From the human T2T-CHM13v2.0 reference genome, Homo sapiens: 64,000 nucleotides of DNA. Each line of letters begins with the position of its first letter. The first letter of the stretch is position 1. Below are positions 1-16,201 of the stretch, piece after piece. Position numbers and translations under genes: made by a program. The notes beneath the pieces are model-generated. The model had not been told where the DNA came from. It saw only the letters and a list, made by a program, of their open reading frames with translations, and made no database searches. The stretch is taken from the NCBI RefSeq assembly GCF_009914755.1, contig NC_060932.1. One strand, given 5' to 3'.

Positions 1-398
1 GTACTCTACCTATAAGGAATATTCTTCAGGATTAAATCTCACCATTGAACCAGCATCTACACTTTTTCAAGATGTTAAGTTGTATATTTTGCCTCCTTTT
101 TTCATGGCACACTATAAATGTTACCTGGTCATTTGGAAATATGTGATCCTAACACATGTGTTTAGGAAAAATCAGGTACATTAATTTTAAATACCAAAAA
201 GACATAAAAATGTCTATCACTCTAGTGGGTGTGTCTAAAATTTTTTTAATACTTAACCTGTTGTACCTCATACTATAGATAGAGCAAAAAGAGGAATAGG
301 GAAGGGGTTAATCCTGGCCCATAAGTTTATGTAAGGTGCATATGAAAATGGAAAGGAATATTTTTTATTTTGCATCTCTATGAATTTCATTAGCTACT

Positions 399-757
399 TG
401 ATATGGTTTGGCTGCATATCCACCCAAATCTCATCATGAATTGTAATTCACAGGTTTTGGAGGAGGGGCCTGGTGGAAGGTGATTAAGTCATGTGGGTGA
501 ACTTCCCCCATGCTGTTTTCCTGATAGAGTTCCCAGGAGATCTGGTTCTTTGAAAAGTCTGTGGTGTTTCCACCTTCTCTCTTTCTCTCCTTCTGCCATG
601 TAAGACGTGCTTTGCTTCCCTTTCCCCTTCTGCCATGATTGTAAGTTTCCTGAGGCCTCCCCAGCCATATGGAGGAGTGAGTCAATTAAACATTTTTTCT
701 TTATAAATTACCCAGTGTCTAGTACGTTTTATAGCAATGTAAGAACAGACTAATACA
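399..757 (+). mobile_element. MaLR solo LTR (MST/THE1 group)
   Basis: Starts TGATATGGTTTGG and ends GACTAATACA; contains the MST/THE1 core CTGCCATGATTGTAAGTTTCCTGAGGCCTCCCCAGCC and AATTAAA. Confidence 0.92.
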
Positions 758-2674
758 CTATACTACTCAACATTAAAAAATTCAAAATATAGAGGTGGAA
801 TGCTAGTCTCACTCATATACCACACAAGCAAACAAAAAACATCAGAAAAAAAGATGACAACCATAATGGTTTTATCTTCTGCACATGTTAGTATTTTAAA
901 CACCAAAGGATATCAAGAACAAAGGAAACTAGCTCCGAATACCAGGTTAACTTTATATCTATAATTTCAATTATGAGTGTTTCTGAATTATATTGAATGA
1001 CTGATAAGTTAGAAAGTCTTTGAAGAAAAGTGACCATTCCTTCTAGCCAATCTACAAAAGATCTATGAATACCAAATAACGAAGATCGTATTGGTCATGT
1101 ATATGTGTGTATGTGTGTTTGTGTTGTGTGTGTATGTGTACACAAACTCAGTGTATTGAAACAGAGAAGATAAACAGAAATTATATGGGTTGGTCATTAC
1201 ATCAGCAAATATATGCATATGCTACTGGCATTTCATTGATATTTGAATATGTAATCTCATTTGCTTTACTAAGGAAATGAATCATTTTTATGAGGAAAAA
1301 ATCCTATGAAGTATGGTAAGTGATATACTTATTTTAGAATATTTACAAAGCAAATTATAAATTTGGAAGATGGATGTAGCACTATATAATGTAACAATAA
1401 TTTTCCTATTAAGATTAAAATGCTTAAACTCCTAAATATAAGAAAGTACAGACAGATTATGTTTATTTTCACCTTGTTTACTTCCAGGGAAAGAACAGAT
1501 CGTAAAGTAAATGGCCAAGGTAAGAACGGACAGAGATCAGGGAAACACCATATAGAATGGCAAAAATAAATGTGAGGAAATTATTATAGACTTGCATTTG
1601 GAGTTGGGGGAAAATCAGGCAGAGACTAAAGGATAGAAAACTTGCTAGAAGGATCAAGATCATGTGGTCAACAAATTAAGAAATGACTGAAATGATTCAC
1701 TGACAAAAAATCAAAATGTTCTGAGGTAAGGAAAAAGAGCACCAAATTTTTATGTGCTTTAAAAATATACAAGAGGATGGTTAGAAAAGCAGACTGAAAT
1801 ATGGGGAAACCTGGCAAGTTTCCTAATGAGAAACTGACAAACTGGAAATCAAATCCCAATCATAGCACATGGAAAGCAGTCCAAATATGAGAGAAGGGAT
1901 GTTTTCTAGCAAAGCTCAGTCCTGGGCAGGAGCACTTTTAAAATATGGAAAAGAAATTAGGAAAGAGAGTAATGTTGGAAGATGAACAAATCTTCCCTTG
2001 AGAGAAAAGAGCATGTTGGAAATGACGGGTTGGGTTAACTATGATTTAGCCAGAAGGTTGAAAATCTTGAGTTGAATTTGACCTCTGTCATCAGCACTCT
2101 AGAAAGGCAAGGGGAAAACCTTGGAGTCAGCTACCTACACCCTCCTCCTATCCTTTGCATGGGAATAAGAAAGACAAAAATTTAAACCCTTAATGTGTAT
2201 TTAGAAGGTGCTTCCCCATGAATAAATCACTAAGCTGCCATGCCTAGGATATGACTAAAAATATAAATAAAACATAAATAAAAATGTGTTCTTAACAAAA
2301 GAAAACAGCTGCCTGGATAATTCTAGCATTTTGGTGACATTACACTTTAATTCAACCCTTTAAAAAGTAATTTTAAGCAGTGACACTTCATAAATACCCC
2401 CATTCAGGGGATACTCCCATGGAGGAACCATTTTATGAGCCAGTGATTCAAAATCACCATTTAATTAAAATCAGTAATGATCATTTGCTGCCGCCTTTTT
2501 TATGAATAAGATGGTCTGCATTTTACACACATACAAACACAGAGAGAGAGAGACAGAGAGAGAAACACACAAATATATATATATTTTCCAAAAATGATTT
2601 TCCTCCCCAAAACTAAATATACAAAACATTGCTTATTGAAACTGGTATATATTATGGTGTTTTAGCATGTGTAT

Positions 2675-3054
2675 TGTGGAGCCCTAAGGAGTTAAAAGAC
2701 AAATTGAAAAATGGGCTTAGATGAGATAAAGAGGAGCGAATGTTCCAAGAAATAGGGTGAACTGCAAATGGCTCATTAACACCAAAGCATCCTGTTACAG
2801 GCACTCAACTCACAGCCCACCTGCACTGAAGCTTCCTGTCTGCAAGCATTCAGCTAAAGCAGCAGGACCTTATAAAACTCCTCCTCCAGCCCCATTCTTG
2901 TTTGTAGATAGCAGACAGCCTTGACTCTGCTGTCTTGCCCACTGCTCCCTTGGAACGTATTTTTTCTTTAATCAATCTGACCTTTTAAATTTATTCCTGT
3001 ATTACTAAATTATTTTACCACCCATGGGGCCTCAGGCAGTCACTGACCATGACA
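2675..3054 (+). mobile_element. ERV solo LTR, LTR47-like
   Basis: TG...CA termini (TGTGGAGCCCT...CATGACA), a TATAAAA box near 2871 and a near-perfect 5-bp TSD (TGTAT/TATAT). Family name from recall. Confidence 0.65.
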
Positions 3055-3154
3055 TATATGTTAAGGGGACTTGTATAACAAATAAAATATTGCATATGAA
3101 TCATTTATTTTTTAAAAAAGTGAAATAATCACCTTTAAAAGACCAAACTGTCCC

Positions 3155-4059
3155 GGGAGGAGCCAAGATGGCCGAATAGGAACAGCTCCTGTCTACAGCT
3201 CCCAGCGTGAGCGACGCAGAAGACGGGTGATTTCTGCATTTCCATCTGAGGTACCGGATTCATCTCACTAGGGAGTGCCAGACAGTGGGCGCAGGTCAGT
3301 GGGTGCGCGCACCATGCGCAAGCCGAAGCAGGGTGAGGCATTGCCTCACTCGGGAATCGCAAGGGGTCAGGGAGTTCCCTTTCCTAGTCAAAGAAAGGGG
3401 TGACAGACGGCACCTGGAAAATCGGGTCACTCCCACCCGAATACCGCGCTTTTCCGATGGGCTTAAAAAACGGCGCACCACGAGATTATATCCCGCACCC
3501 GGCTCAGAGGGTCTGACGCCCAGGGAGTCTCCCTGATTGCTAGCACAGCAGTCTGAGATCAAACTGCAAGGTGGCAGTGAGGCTGGGGGAGGGGCGCCCG
3601 CCATTGCCCAGGCTTGCTTAGGTAAACAAAGCAGCCAGGAAGCTCAAACTGGGTGGAGCCCACCACAGCTCAAGGAGGCCTGCCTGCCTCTGTAGGCTCC
3701 ACCTCTGGGGGCAGGGCACAGACAAACAAAAAGACAGCAGTAACCTCTGCAGACTTAAATGTCCCTGTCTGACAGCTTTGAAGAGAGCAGTGGTTCTCCC
3801 AGCACGCAGCTGGAGATCTGAGAACGGGCAGACTGCCTCCTCAAGTGGGTCCCTGACCCCTGACCCCCGAGCAGCCTAACTGGGAGGCACCCCACAGCAT
3901 GGGCACACTGACACCTCACACGGCAGGGTATTCCAACAGACCTGCAGCTGAGGGTGCTGTTTGTTAGAAGGAAAACTAACAAACAGAAAGGACATCCACA
4001 CCAAAAACCCATCTGTACATCACCATCATCAAAGACCAAAAGTAGATAAAACCACAAAG
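3155..4059. promoter_or_regulatory. L1 5'UTR internal sense and antisense promoter
   Basis: 905 bp before the ORF1 ATG, CpG-rich. The YY1 motif AAGATGGCC and AAACAAA SOX-type sites are retained. Activity is not shown by sequence. Confidence 0.8.
3296..3604 (-). CDS. L1 antisense ORF0 homologue, 102 aa
   Basis: Translation MAGAPPPASLPPCSLISDCCASN... matches the primate L1 ORF0 N-terminus; ATG in strong Kozak context (GCAATGG). Expression unknown. Confidence 0.6.
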   Translation of the reverse strand: MAGAPPPASLPPCSLISDCCASNQGDSLGVRPSEPGAGYNLVVRRFLSPSEKRGIRVGVTRFSRCRLSPLSLTRKGNSLTPCDSRVRQCLTLLRLAHGARTH

Positions 4060-5076
4060 ATGGGGAAAAAACAGAACAGAAAAACTGGAAACTCTAAAAC
4101 GCAGAGCGCCTCTCCTCCTCCAAAGGAACGCAGTTCCTCACCAGCAACGGAACAAAGCTGGATGGAGAATGACTTTGACGAGCTGAGAGAAGAAGGCTTC
4201 AGATGATCAAATTACTCTGAGCTACGGGAGGACATTCAAACCAAAGGCAAAGAAGTTGAAAACTTTGAAAAAAATTTAGAAGAATGTATAACTAGAATAA
4301 CCAATACAGAGAAGTGCTTAAAGGAGCTGATGGAGCTGAAAACCAAGGCTCGAGAACTCCGTGAAGAACGCAGAAGCCTCAGGAGCCGATGCGATCAACT
4401 GGAAGAAAGGGTATCAGCAATGGAAGATGAAATGAATGAAATGAAGCGAGAAGGGAAGGTTAGAGAAAAAAGAATAAAAAGAAATGAGCAAAGCCTCCAA
4501 GAAATATGGGACTATGTGAAAAGACCAAATCTACGTCTGATTGGTGTACCTGAAAGTGATGCAGAGAATGGAACCAAGTTGGAAAACACTCTACAGGATA
4601 TTATCCAGGAGAACTTCCCCAATCTAGCAAGGCAGGCCAACGTTCAGATGCAGGAAATACAGAGAACGCCACAAAGATACTCCTCGAGAAGAGCAACTCC
4701 AAGACACATAATTGTCAGATTCACCAAAGTTGAAATGAAGGAAAAAATGTTAAAGGCAGCCAGAGAGAAAGGTCGGGTTACCCTCAAAGGGAAGCCCATC
4801 AGACTAACAGCGGATCTCTCGGCAGAAACCCTACAAGCCAGAAGAGAGTGGGGGCCAATATTCAACATTCTTAAAGAAAAGAATTTTCAACCCAGAATTT
4901 CATATCCAGCCAAACTAAGCTTCATAAGTGAAGGAGAAATAAAATACTTTACAGACAAGCAAATGCTGAGAGATTTTGTCACCACCAGGCCTGCCCTACA
5001 AGAGCTCCTGAAGGAAGCGCTAAACATGGAAAGGAACAACCGGTACCAGCTGCTGCAAAATCATGCCAAAATGTAA
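4060..5076 (+). pseudogene. L1 ORF1p, inactivated by one nonsense codon
   Basis: MGKKQNRK... to ...QNHAKM* spans 339 codons in one frame; TGA at 4204-4206 (codon 49, likely CGA>TGA). Confidence 0.95.
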
Positions 5077-5112
5077 AGACCATCGAGACTAGGAAGAAAC
5101 TGCATCAACTAA

Positions 5113-8963
<3,851 letters not shown>

Positions 8964-10399
8964 ACAATGAGATCAAATGGACACAGGAAGGGGAACATCA
9001 CACTCTGGGGACTGTTGTGGGGTGGGGGGAGGGGGGAGGGGGGATAGCACTGGGAGATATACCTAATGCTAGATGACAAGTTAGTGGGTGTAGCACACCA
9101 GCGTGGCACATGTATACATATGTAACTAAGCTGCACAATGTGCACATGTACCCTAAAACTTAAAGTATAATAATAAAAGAAGAAAAATAAAAAAATAAAA
9201 ATAAATAAAAGAGCAAACTGTTTCAAAGGAGAAATGTGTAAGAAAATTTCATCATGAATATAAGATATGCCAGGATCATGATGAAATGAAAAACTTTGTT
9301 TTGCTGGCACTAAATGATTGTTTAAACAATGATGAAGACATTGATAGAAGGATATGAAATGGACTTTGCCTTGTGTTAAAAACACAAAGTGTCCTGAAGA
9401 CAAATCCAGCAAGAATTTTTTCGGCATAGAAACCACTTGGTATGGTAATAAAAATTACCAATTCTCCATTTTATTTCCTTAATGAAGTTTTGACAATATT
9501 TCAATGGTTGCTATCAAATTATAACATTATTTTGAGGTAGAGCACAGTAGAACAAATACTAGACCCTCAATTGTCTATAGCTTAAAGTGAATGGATTTAA
9601 GACTATCAAAATTCATGCATCTATAATTTAAATCTGAAAATGGAAATGTACATCCAAAGAAGTGACCGCAGTACCCATGAGGGAGGACTGTGCACTATCT
9701 GGGAAAAACTTTCTATGATATTGATAATACAACAGAAAAGTCAACATTAGCAAGATACTGCAAAAGTACTATTAATTCTGATGTTTAAGAACGCAAGCCA
9801 TAAGAAATGTTTTGATTAGTTAAAAGGCTAAGATTTAAGAAACTATTTACAGCTGATTAGATGGATATTTAGATACTTAGAGTCTATTTAACTATATGGT
9901 TTTTCCTTATTTTAAGAAACTCAAGCTGGCATATACATTAAACACTTGACATATAAATCAAGAAAAAGTATATCTTTTAGATCTGTTTTTAACATACCAC
10001 AGACTATTTTAGAAAAAGTGTGAAATTTCAGTGCTGAAGGTAAGGAAGTAATGGCAAAAAAATTTCAGGATTAGAGACTAAAAATGAGCTCTTATTATCA
10101 TGGCATGTTACATAAAAAAGAAATAACAAGATACTTAATATAATTAGCAGATTGTGAATTTGGTAAGGCAATTTTTTTCTGTTACTGAAAATCAAAAATT
10201 CAAGAAGTTTTAGAACTTTAAATCAAATTGTGTTTGTTAGCCTGAAGTAAGGTATTGCTATAGATATTTGAAGCAATGAGAAAGATCATATTCTATTTTC
10301 CTAATAGAAAAATTCATATTAACATTTTTTAAGAAATGGTGCAGCAGTGTGTATGCTTTGCTGATTTTTTTAACCAAATACTTCCACTAACACACCATC

Positions 10400-10787
10400 A
10401 TACTTAAAAATATAATAATGTATCAGGAATAAGAATGAAGCTCCAAGTTTCAGTACCACAGGCAGAAAAAATAAATGTCTGTTTTGAAAGTGTTATTTAT
10501 TATCAAACAAAAATCCAAGGTATCAAAGGTGTTTTACATTATAAACTTAAACAACATCAGTTCATTGGATATTGCACTGGAGATGGCTACAATCAGCAAG
10601 AGAGAGCTAACTGGATACATTATTTTTCAACTTCTGGTTCAGTGACTTCCTGGCAGTAGCTTGAAATCAGCTATACTGATAGTATTTTCATGACAGAAAT
10701 TGGTAAACACTATAAATTCAGGTTTGTTTATTTACTTGTTTGTTTATTTGAAGAGACTCTTATTAAACATTGACCAACACACCACTG
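10400..10787. mobile_element. hAT DNA transposon end, MER63/BLACKJACK-like
   Basis: Terminal TAAACATTGACCAACACACCACTG and internal GTAGCTTGAAATCAGC resemble the MER63 end as I recall it. Left boundary uncertain. Confidence 0.65.
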
Positions 10788-11457
10788 ACTATAATACAAA
10801 ATATTTTAAAAGTATTTTGTGCATAACATAGAGAATAAATCCTCCTTTAAAATGCTATCATCAATCCCCTTTACTTGGAAAACAATTTTAAAAGGATGTC
10901 AGTAGTTTATATCATTTGGAATTAAATTTTGATGTACAACATTTTTAGTACATCTTTCCCCCAAATTTCTAGATTAACTGTAGTGTCCTGAAATAGAAGA
11001 AAGCTAAGCTTATATAAAAAAAGTTTTTAAAAACTGTCAGGATTTTCTGTAAGAAATATAGAACACAGAAATAAACTGCAATCCAATCTTAATAGAATAA
11101 CTTCTCTGTTCATCATAAACTTAGATTTCAAATTTGTTGTGTTCATTAAAATGAATTCAGTGTTTCATTTAGTCTCCTTATAATAAATAAATGCTGTGAA
11201 CTGAAACTTACAATAAAAATTTATTCCAATAAAATTTAACTTACATCAGTTTATACATATCAAAACCCACCTATAAACTTTATTTGAATGATGAGCTGTA
11301 GTGCTTTAATAAAGTTAAAAAGCATTGCTCTACTCCACTGGCTTTGTTTATAGATGAAAAATAAAACAGCACAAAAACAAAAACAAAAACAACCTGGAGA
11401 TCGTCAGAGATACTAAGTGACTTGCCTACCATGAAACATTCGCTGAAAGACACTGCA

Positions 11458-11458
<1 letters not shown>

Positions 11459-11488
<30 letters not shown>
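11459..11488. repeat. poly(T) run of about 29 nt
   Basis: Directly visible. Confidence 0.95.
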
Positions 11489-13611
11489 CGGAATCACACT
11501 CCACTCCTTATAGTTGTTATGGGAGAGGGCCAGAAAAAGAGAAGGTTTTGTTTGAATAAATCAAATTTTCACATAAATTTCATAGAATCTGGAGAACAGC
11601 CATTAAAAGAGTACATTGTCTCCTCTCCCCAAAAGCACAGGTTCTGACTATTAGACGCACTGCCGTGATCAAACAGAAGCAATTCCAGGTAACAGAAATG
11701 ACACATGAAGATATTCACTCAAATCATTTTCAAAGCTGCTATTCCAATTCCCTTTCAGATCAAATAGAATCTTGGAAACTGAATGTTTTTAGTGGAACCA
11801 CAAAGATATCACTGCTTTTATTTCAATTATATATAAGCATTTGATTTTTAAGTAATTATAACTATTTTCTGCATTCATCAATTAATTATCCTGAGCTGGA
11901 GTTCTCATCTGTACCCTGAGAATGATATGCAACTCAGGAATGGGTATGGGATGAGTATGGAAAGGGATTATAGGGGTAAGACAGGGCCAAGCTTATAGTA
12001 AAGGATCAGCAAATATTAATTTCTTAAATTCAACTGAAACAGTACAAATTTTGAAGCAATTTATACATTTTAAAGATATTTTAAAATACTATATACAAAT
12101 GTAAAATGTTACATAATGATATTAAAATTTATATAAATATTTTTAAAGCAATTTTTTGGGAAAAATATTTACTTGTAAATCAATTTATTTTTTCCAACAT
12201 TCAGATTCATTTAACTTTGAATTGGCATCTACAGAATATTGTCTCTGCCCTGCTAAAAGGAACAAAAATATACATACATAGTTGGCAATAAATTTAATAT
12301 TCAAATTGCCTATGAATTGTTACATAAATCTGTTAGCCATGTCAGATGTTTTGAATATATTTATTACAGAGTATTTGTTTGTCAACAAGGTAAAACACAG
12401 GCCTGGAATATAACCCCAAAGAATGACTCAGGAAAACATCACACGTGAACATTTCAGTCTGCTCAAACGTTGGCTTCATTTGAATTCTTTCCATAATTTG
12501 AGACTGAGTATCTTGTTTTGTAATATCATAACCTAAATGGCCTCCAAACACCCTAAAATATATTCAGCACAAAACTATATAAGTGAGGTAAAATATCATA
12601 TAATTCTTGCGCATTATAACTGATGAATAATTAAGATGATTCTGGAGACAATCAGACGGTTTAAATGACCATTCTTCATTCCTGTCTTCTAGAAGATTTA
12701 ACTTAACAGTGCTTTTATAGTTATTGCTGTGAGTCTTATTTATTAATAGATAAGCTTCCACAATTATCAAGCATGCTTATTAAACTTGAAAAAAGCATTG
12801 CATTTTGCAAACCTTCTGACACTAATGCTGAGAAAACTCTTCCTTTGAGGATATTCCTTAATGTTCCTGAATAATATGCCAGACTTATATAATTATATAA
12901 CTCAAGAAGCATGTTCCCAAGGCCCTGGATGTTATATCTCAGTAAATCTGAAGAGAGTCTAAAATAAATTTGAATAATTGAAATGTTAAATACTCTTAAA
13001 TAACAAAAATTTTAAAGTTTGAAATATTTTGTTGACTATGAAAACCTGATGCATTGCAGATACTGGGAGAGCCATCACCATCTGACTGCCTCAAAGAGTT
13101 CAAAAACGATGAAGATTTGTTTTAATGCATAAAATGATCCTAATATGCTAGCGATTTACCAGTCATCTTTGGAAGAGTTTCTCCCTCAATATACAGGAAT
13201 ACATGTACATTGTATTCACGTCGTATGAAATTTCATTTTTTAATATAATCTCTATTTTAAGAGTTAGAAAAATAAATCTGAATGTTAATTGACCCACTTA
13301 GAGATGAAAGAAAACAGACAAAATGCAACCAAAAGCTTATGGAAGAGAGAGTGGGCAGGTTAACTCATTATAGCTAGAAATGCAAATCTGATAAACTGTT
13401 CGTTACACAACTCTGTTTGGGGAAAATATATTTTTATTTTGTTCAATAAAATGAAGTCAAATAAGACTAACAGGGAAAATCGTAATACACACTTTTGGAC
13501 TGAGAAAATCTTGCTCTGAAATTCCAGCTCCAGTACACAGAAGTAGCTAGTCTTTCCAACTTTGTAGGTCACCATTATGTCACCTATAAACTTAAAATAA
13601 TAATAAAGCAA

Positions 13612-13925
<314 letters not shown>

Positions 13926-15888
13926 CACATACCCACAAGTGCTACAAAAGATAACTAAATCATGTCTATGGAGGCCCTAGCACAGTATGCAGCACTTAAT
14001 AGACATGTCTTTTATGATGTGCCTGTTAAATAACTTAAAACAGTTATATTAAGAACAGGATATAGGAAAAAGCATTTTACTTTGAGTTTGAAATAATTAA
14101 TAAGTTACAGAATAGAATAAATAAATATTTATGTTAACGTCTCATCTCAGAACAAATAAGCCATATTTGCGTTATTTTAAAAGCCTTAGGGGACCTGACT
14201 ACGCCTCTACCTCCTTAAATGGTCAGCCTAAAAGATGGGGTATAGAAGGGACTGAAGCTCTAAAACTAGGGCCCTGTTTGAGTTTTTCCTAAGCGTGGAG
14301 AGGAGGTAGAAGAAGGAAGGGCAAAGATTCAAAGAGCTACATCCCCACTTGCACAGAACTAGGAAGGCAGGGCCAATAGCACTTTCCAGTATAAAGTAAG
14401 GGAAACAAAAGGCACCGGAGGCTCCTAAGAGGGCCCCCAGAAGTGCCATAAGAATTGAAGGCAGGAACCAAGTATGTAAAGCAGCATCTCATAGCCAAAG
14501 AAATAATTGACCTTCTATCTATCTTGTTATTTGGCCCTACTTAAGTACAGGATTATTTTAAGAGTTCAGAGAAGATGGGAGGACGCAAGCTGGGAATGAA
14601 TTTCTTGCCAGCTCGGCAGGTAGGAACTTGGAGAATTTTTTGTTTGTTTGTTGAGTTGACTTCTCTCATCACCAAATCTCATCATTTCCTTGCAGAAATC
14701 GGTTAAGACTATTTCTTTTTTCTTGAGCAAGGTATTATGACTGAAAACAGTACTTTTTCAGCCAACTATGGTAATTTTATAAAGAGGGCAATGTGTCCGT
14801 ATAACAGATTAGGAATACTTGTAATTTTACCAGCTACATATAGTTGCTATTTCATCCTAATTAATGTTTGCTGTTTCTGTAATAGGACATTAAAAAAAGA
14901 AAACTACTGTTCTGAACTCGGTTACTTCTTCTGCCTCCATTTTTTCTTGTTTCTGATGTGCCTGATTTGAAAACTGAGATTCTCTGATATGTGGTAATTC
15001 ACTTTATTTATTGGAGCAATTTGTCCCAACATGACATCCTGTCAAAAGGCAGGGTATTTGTTATTATTTTGGTTATACTTCAATTAGTAAGTGTATGTTG
15101 AGAAGAAAGTGCTCAATGTCTTTGTAGACTGCTGAAATTTTTCTGCAGAATAATTCATTTACTTGAGTAGATTATCTCAATTTTCTTTTTTTTTTTTTTG
15201 AAATTTAGAAGCAAATAAAAAATAGAAGGCAAAGAAAAATTTGTTTCATAACCCTTATACATAGCGGAAAGTTGATAAAATAAAATTAATTATTACATTT
15301 GCCAGTTTTTCAAGCAACTTGTATGATTTTTTTTTTTTTGCATGTGGTTCATAACTACTTACTTCGAAACAAAAGGGACTAGATGGATGTAGAGATGGGA
15401 GAGTAAGAATAAAAACAGGACCTTTGTGATGAAAATATTTCTTCCGGCAGTATATCTTCCAGGAATAAATCACTATGAATTCTTTAGACATTGTCTGCAC
15501 CTATGCCAGCACATACTTAAATGTCACAATAATATTATCACTAGTACCACACAGAGTATGTATAGAAATATGCGGTACCTATTCCTGTTCAAACTACTAT
15601 GTCATTATCAAGGTAGCAGTGTGAACAACTATTCCATTCAGCATGAGGAGTCTAACCAGACCCAGGAAACAGAAAAGTGACTAAAATATTACAAATGAGG
15701 GCAATCTATTATACTATCTGATAATATGTGATGTTATCTGTGGTATTACGGAATAAAACTGATGTTATGTGTGAAAACACAGGAGATTCTTAAGACTTCA
15801 CTTGGAGTAACTGTATGCAAAATAAAGCCTATCAAAAGAAAGAATGCTGTCTACCTAATTTATTTGATGTTGGTCCACCCTCTTTAGA

Positions 15889-16201
15889 AGCATCATCCAA
15901 TAAAAATATAATGTGAGCCATTATACAATTTTAAATTTTCAAATCACTTTTTAAAAAATAAAATGAGGCCAGTGAAATTAATTTTAACAATATATTCCAT
16001 TTAATGCAGTATGTCAAATATATTTCAACCATTTCAACATGCAATTGGTATTTTTAAAAATATTGACATGTTTACATTTTGTATACTAAGTCTCGAAGAT
16101 GCAGTGGGAATTTGACACTTTCATCATCTCTCAATGCAGTCTCGACATATTTCAGATATTCACTACACACGTGTGAGTGGTTATTCGTTTGAGCAGCACA
16201 G
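15889..16201. mobile_element. MER33 (hAT-Charlie)
   Basis: TCCAATAAAAATATAATGTGAGCCA ... GTGAAATTAATTTTAACAATATATT ... CAGCACAG follows MER33 over about 310 bp. Confidence 0.8.

Noticed and set aside
15363-15378. 16-nt minus-strand microexon-like pattern (…CCATCTAG|TCCCTTTTGTTTCGAA|GTAAGT)
   Set aside because: Frame-shifting, with no other support; expected by chance in 64 kb.
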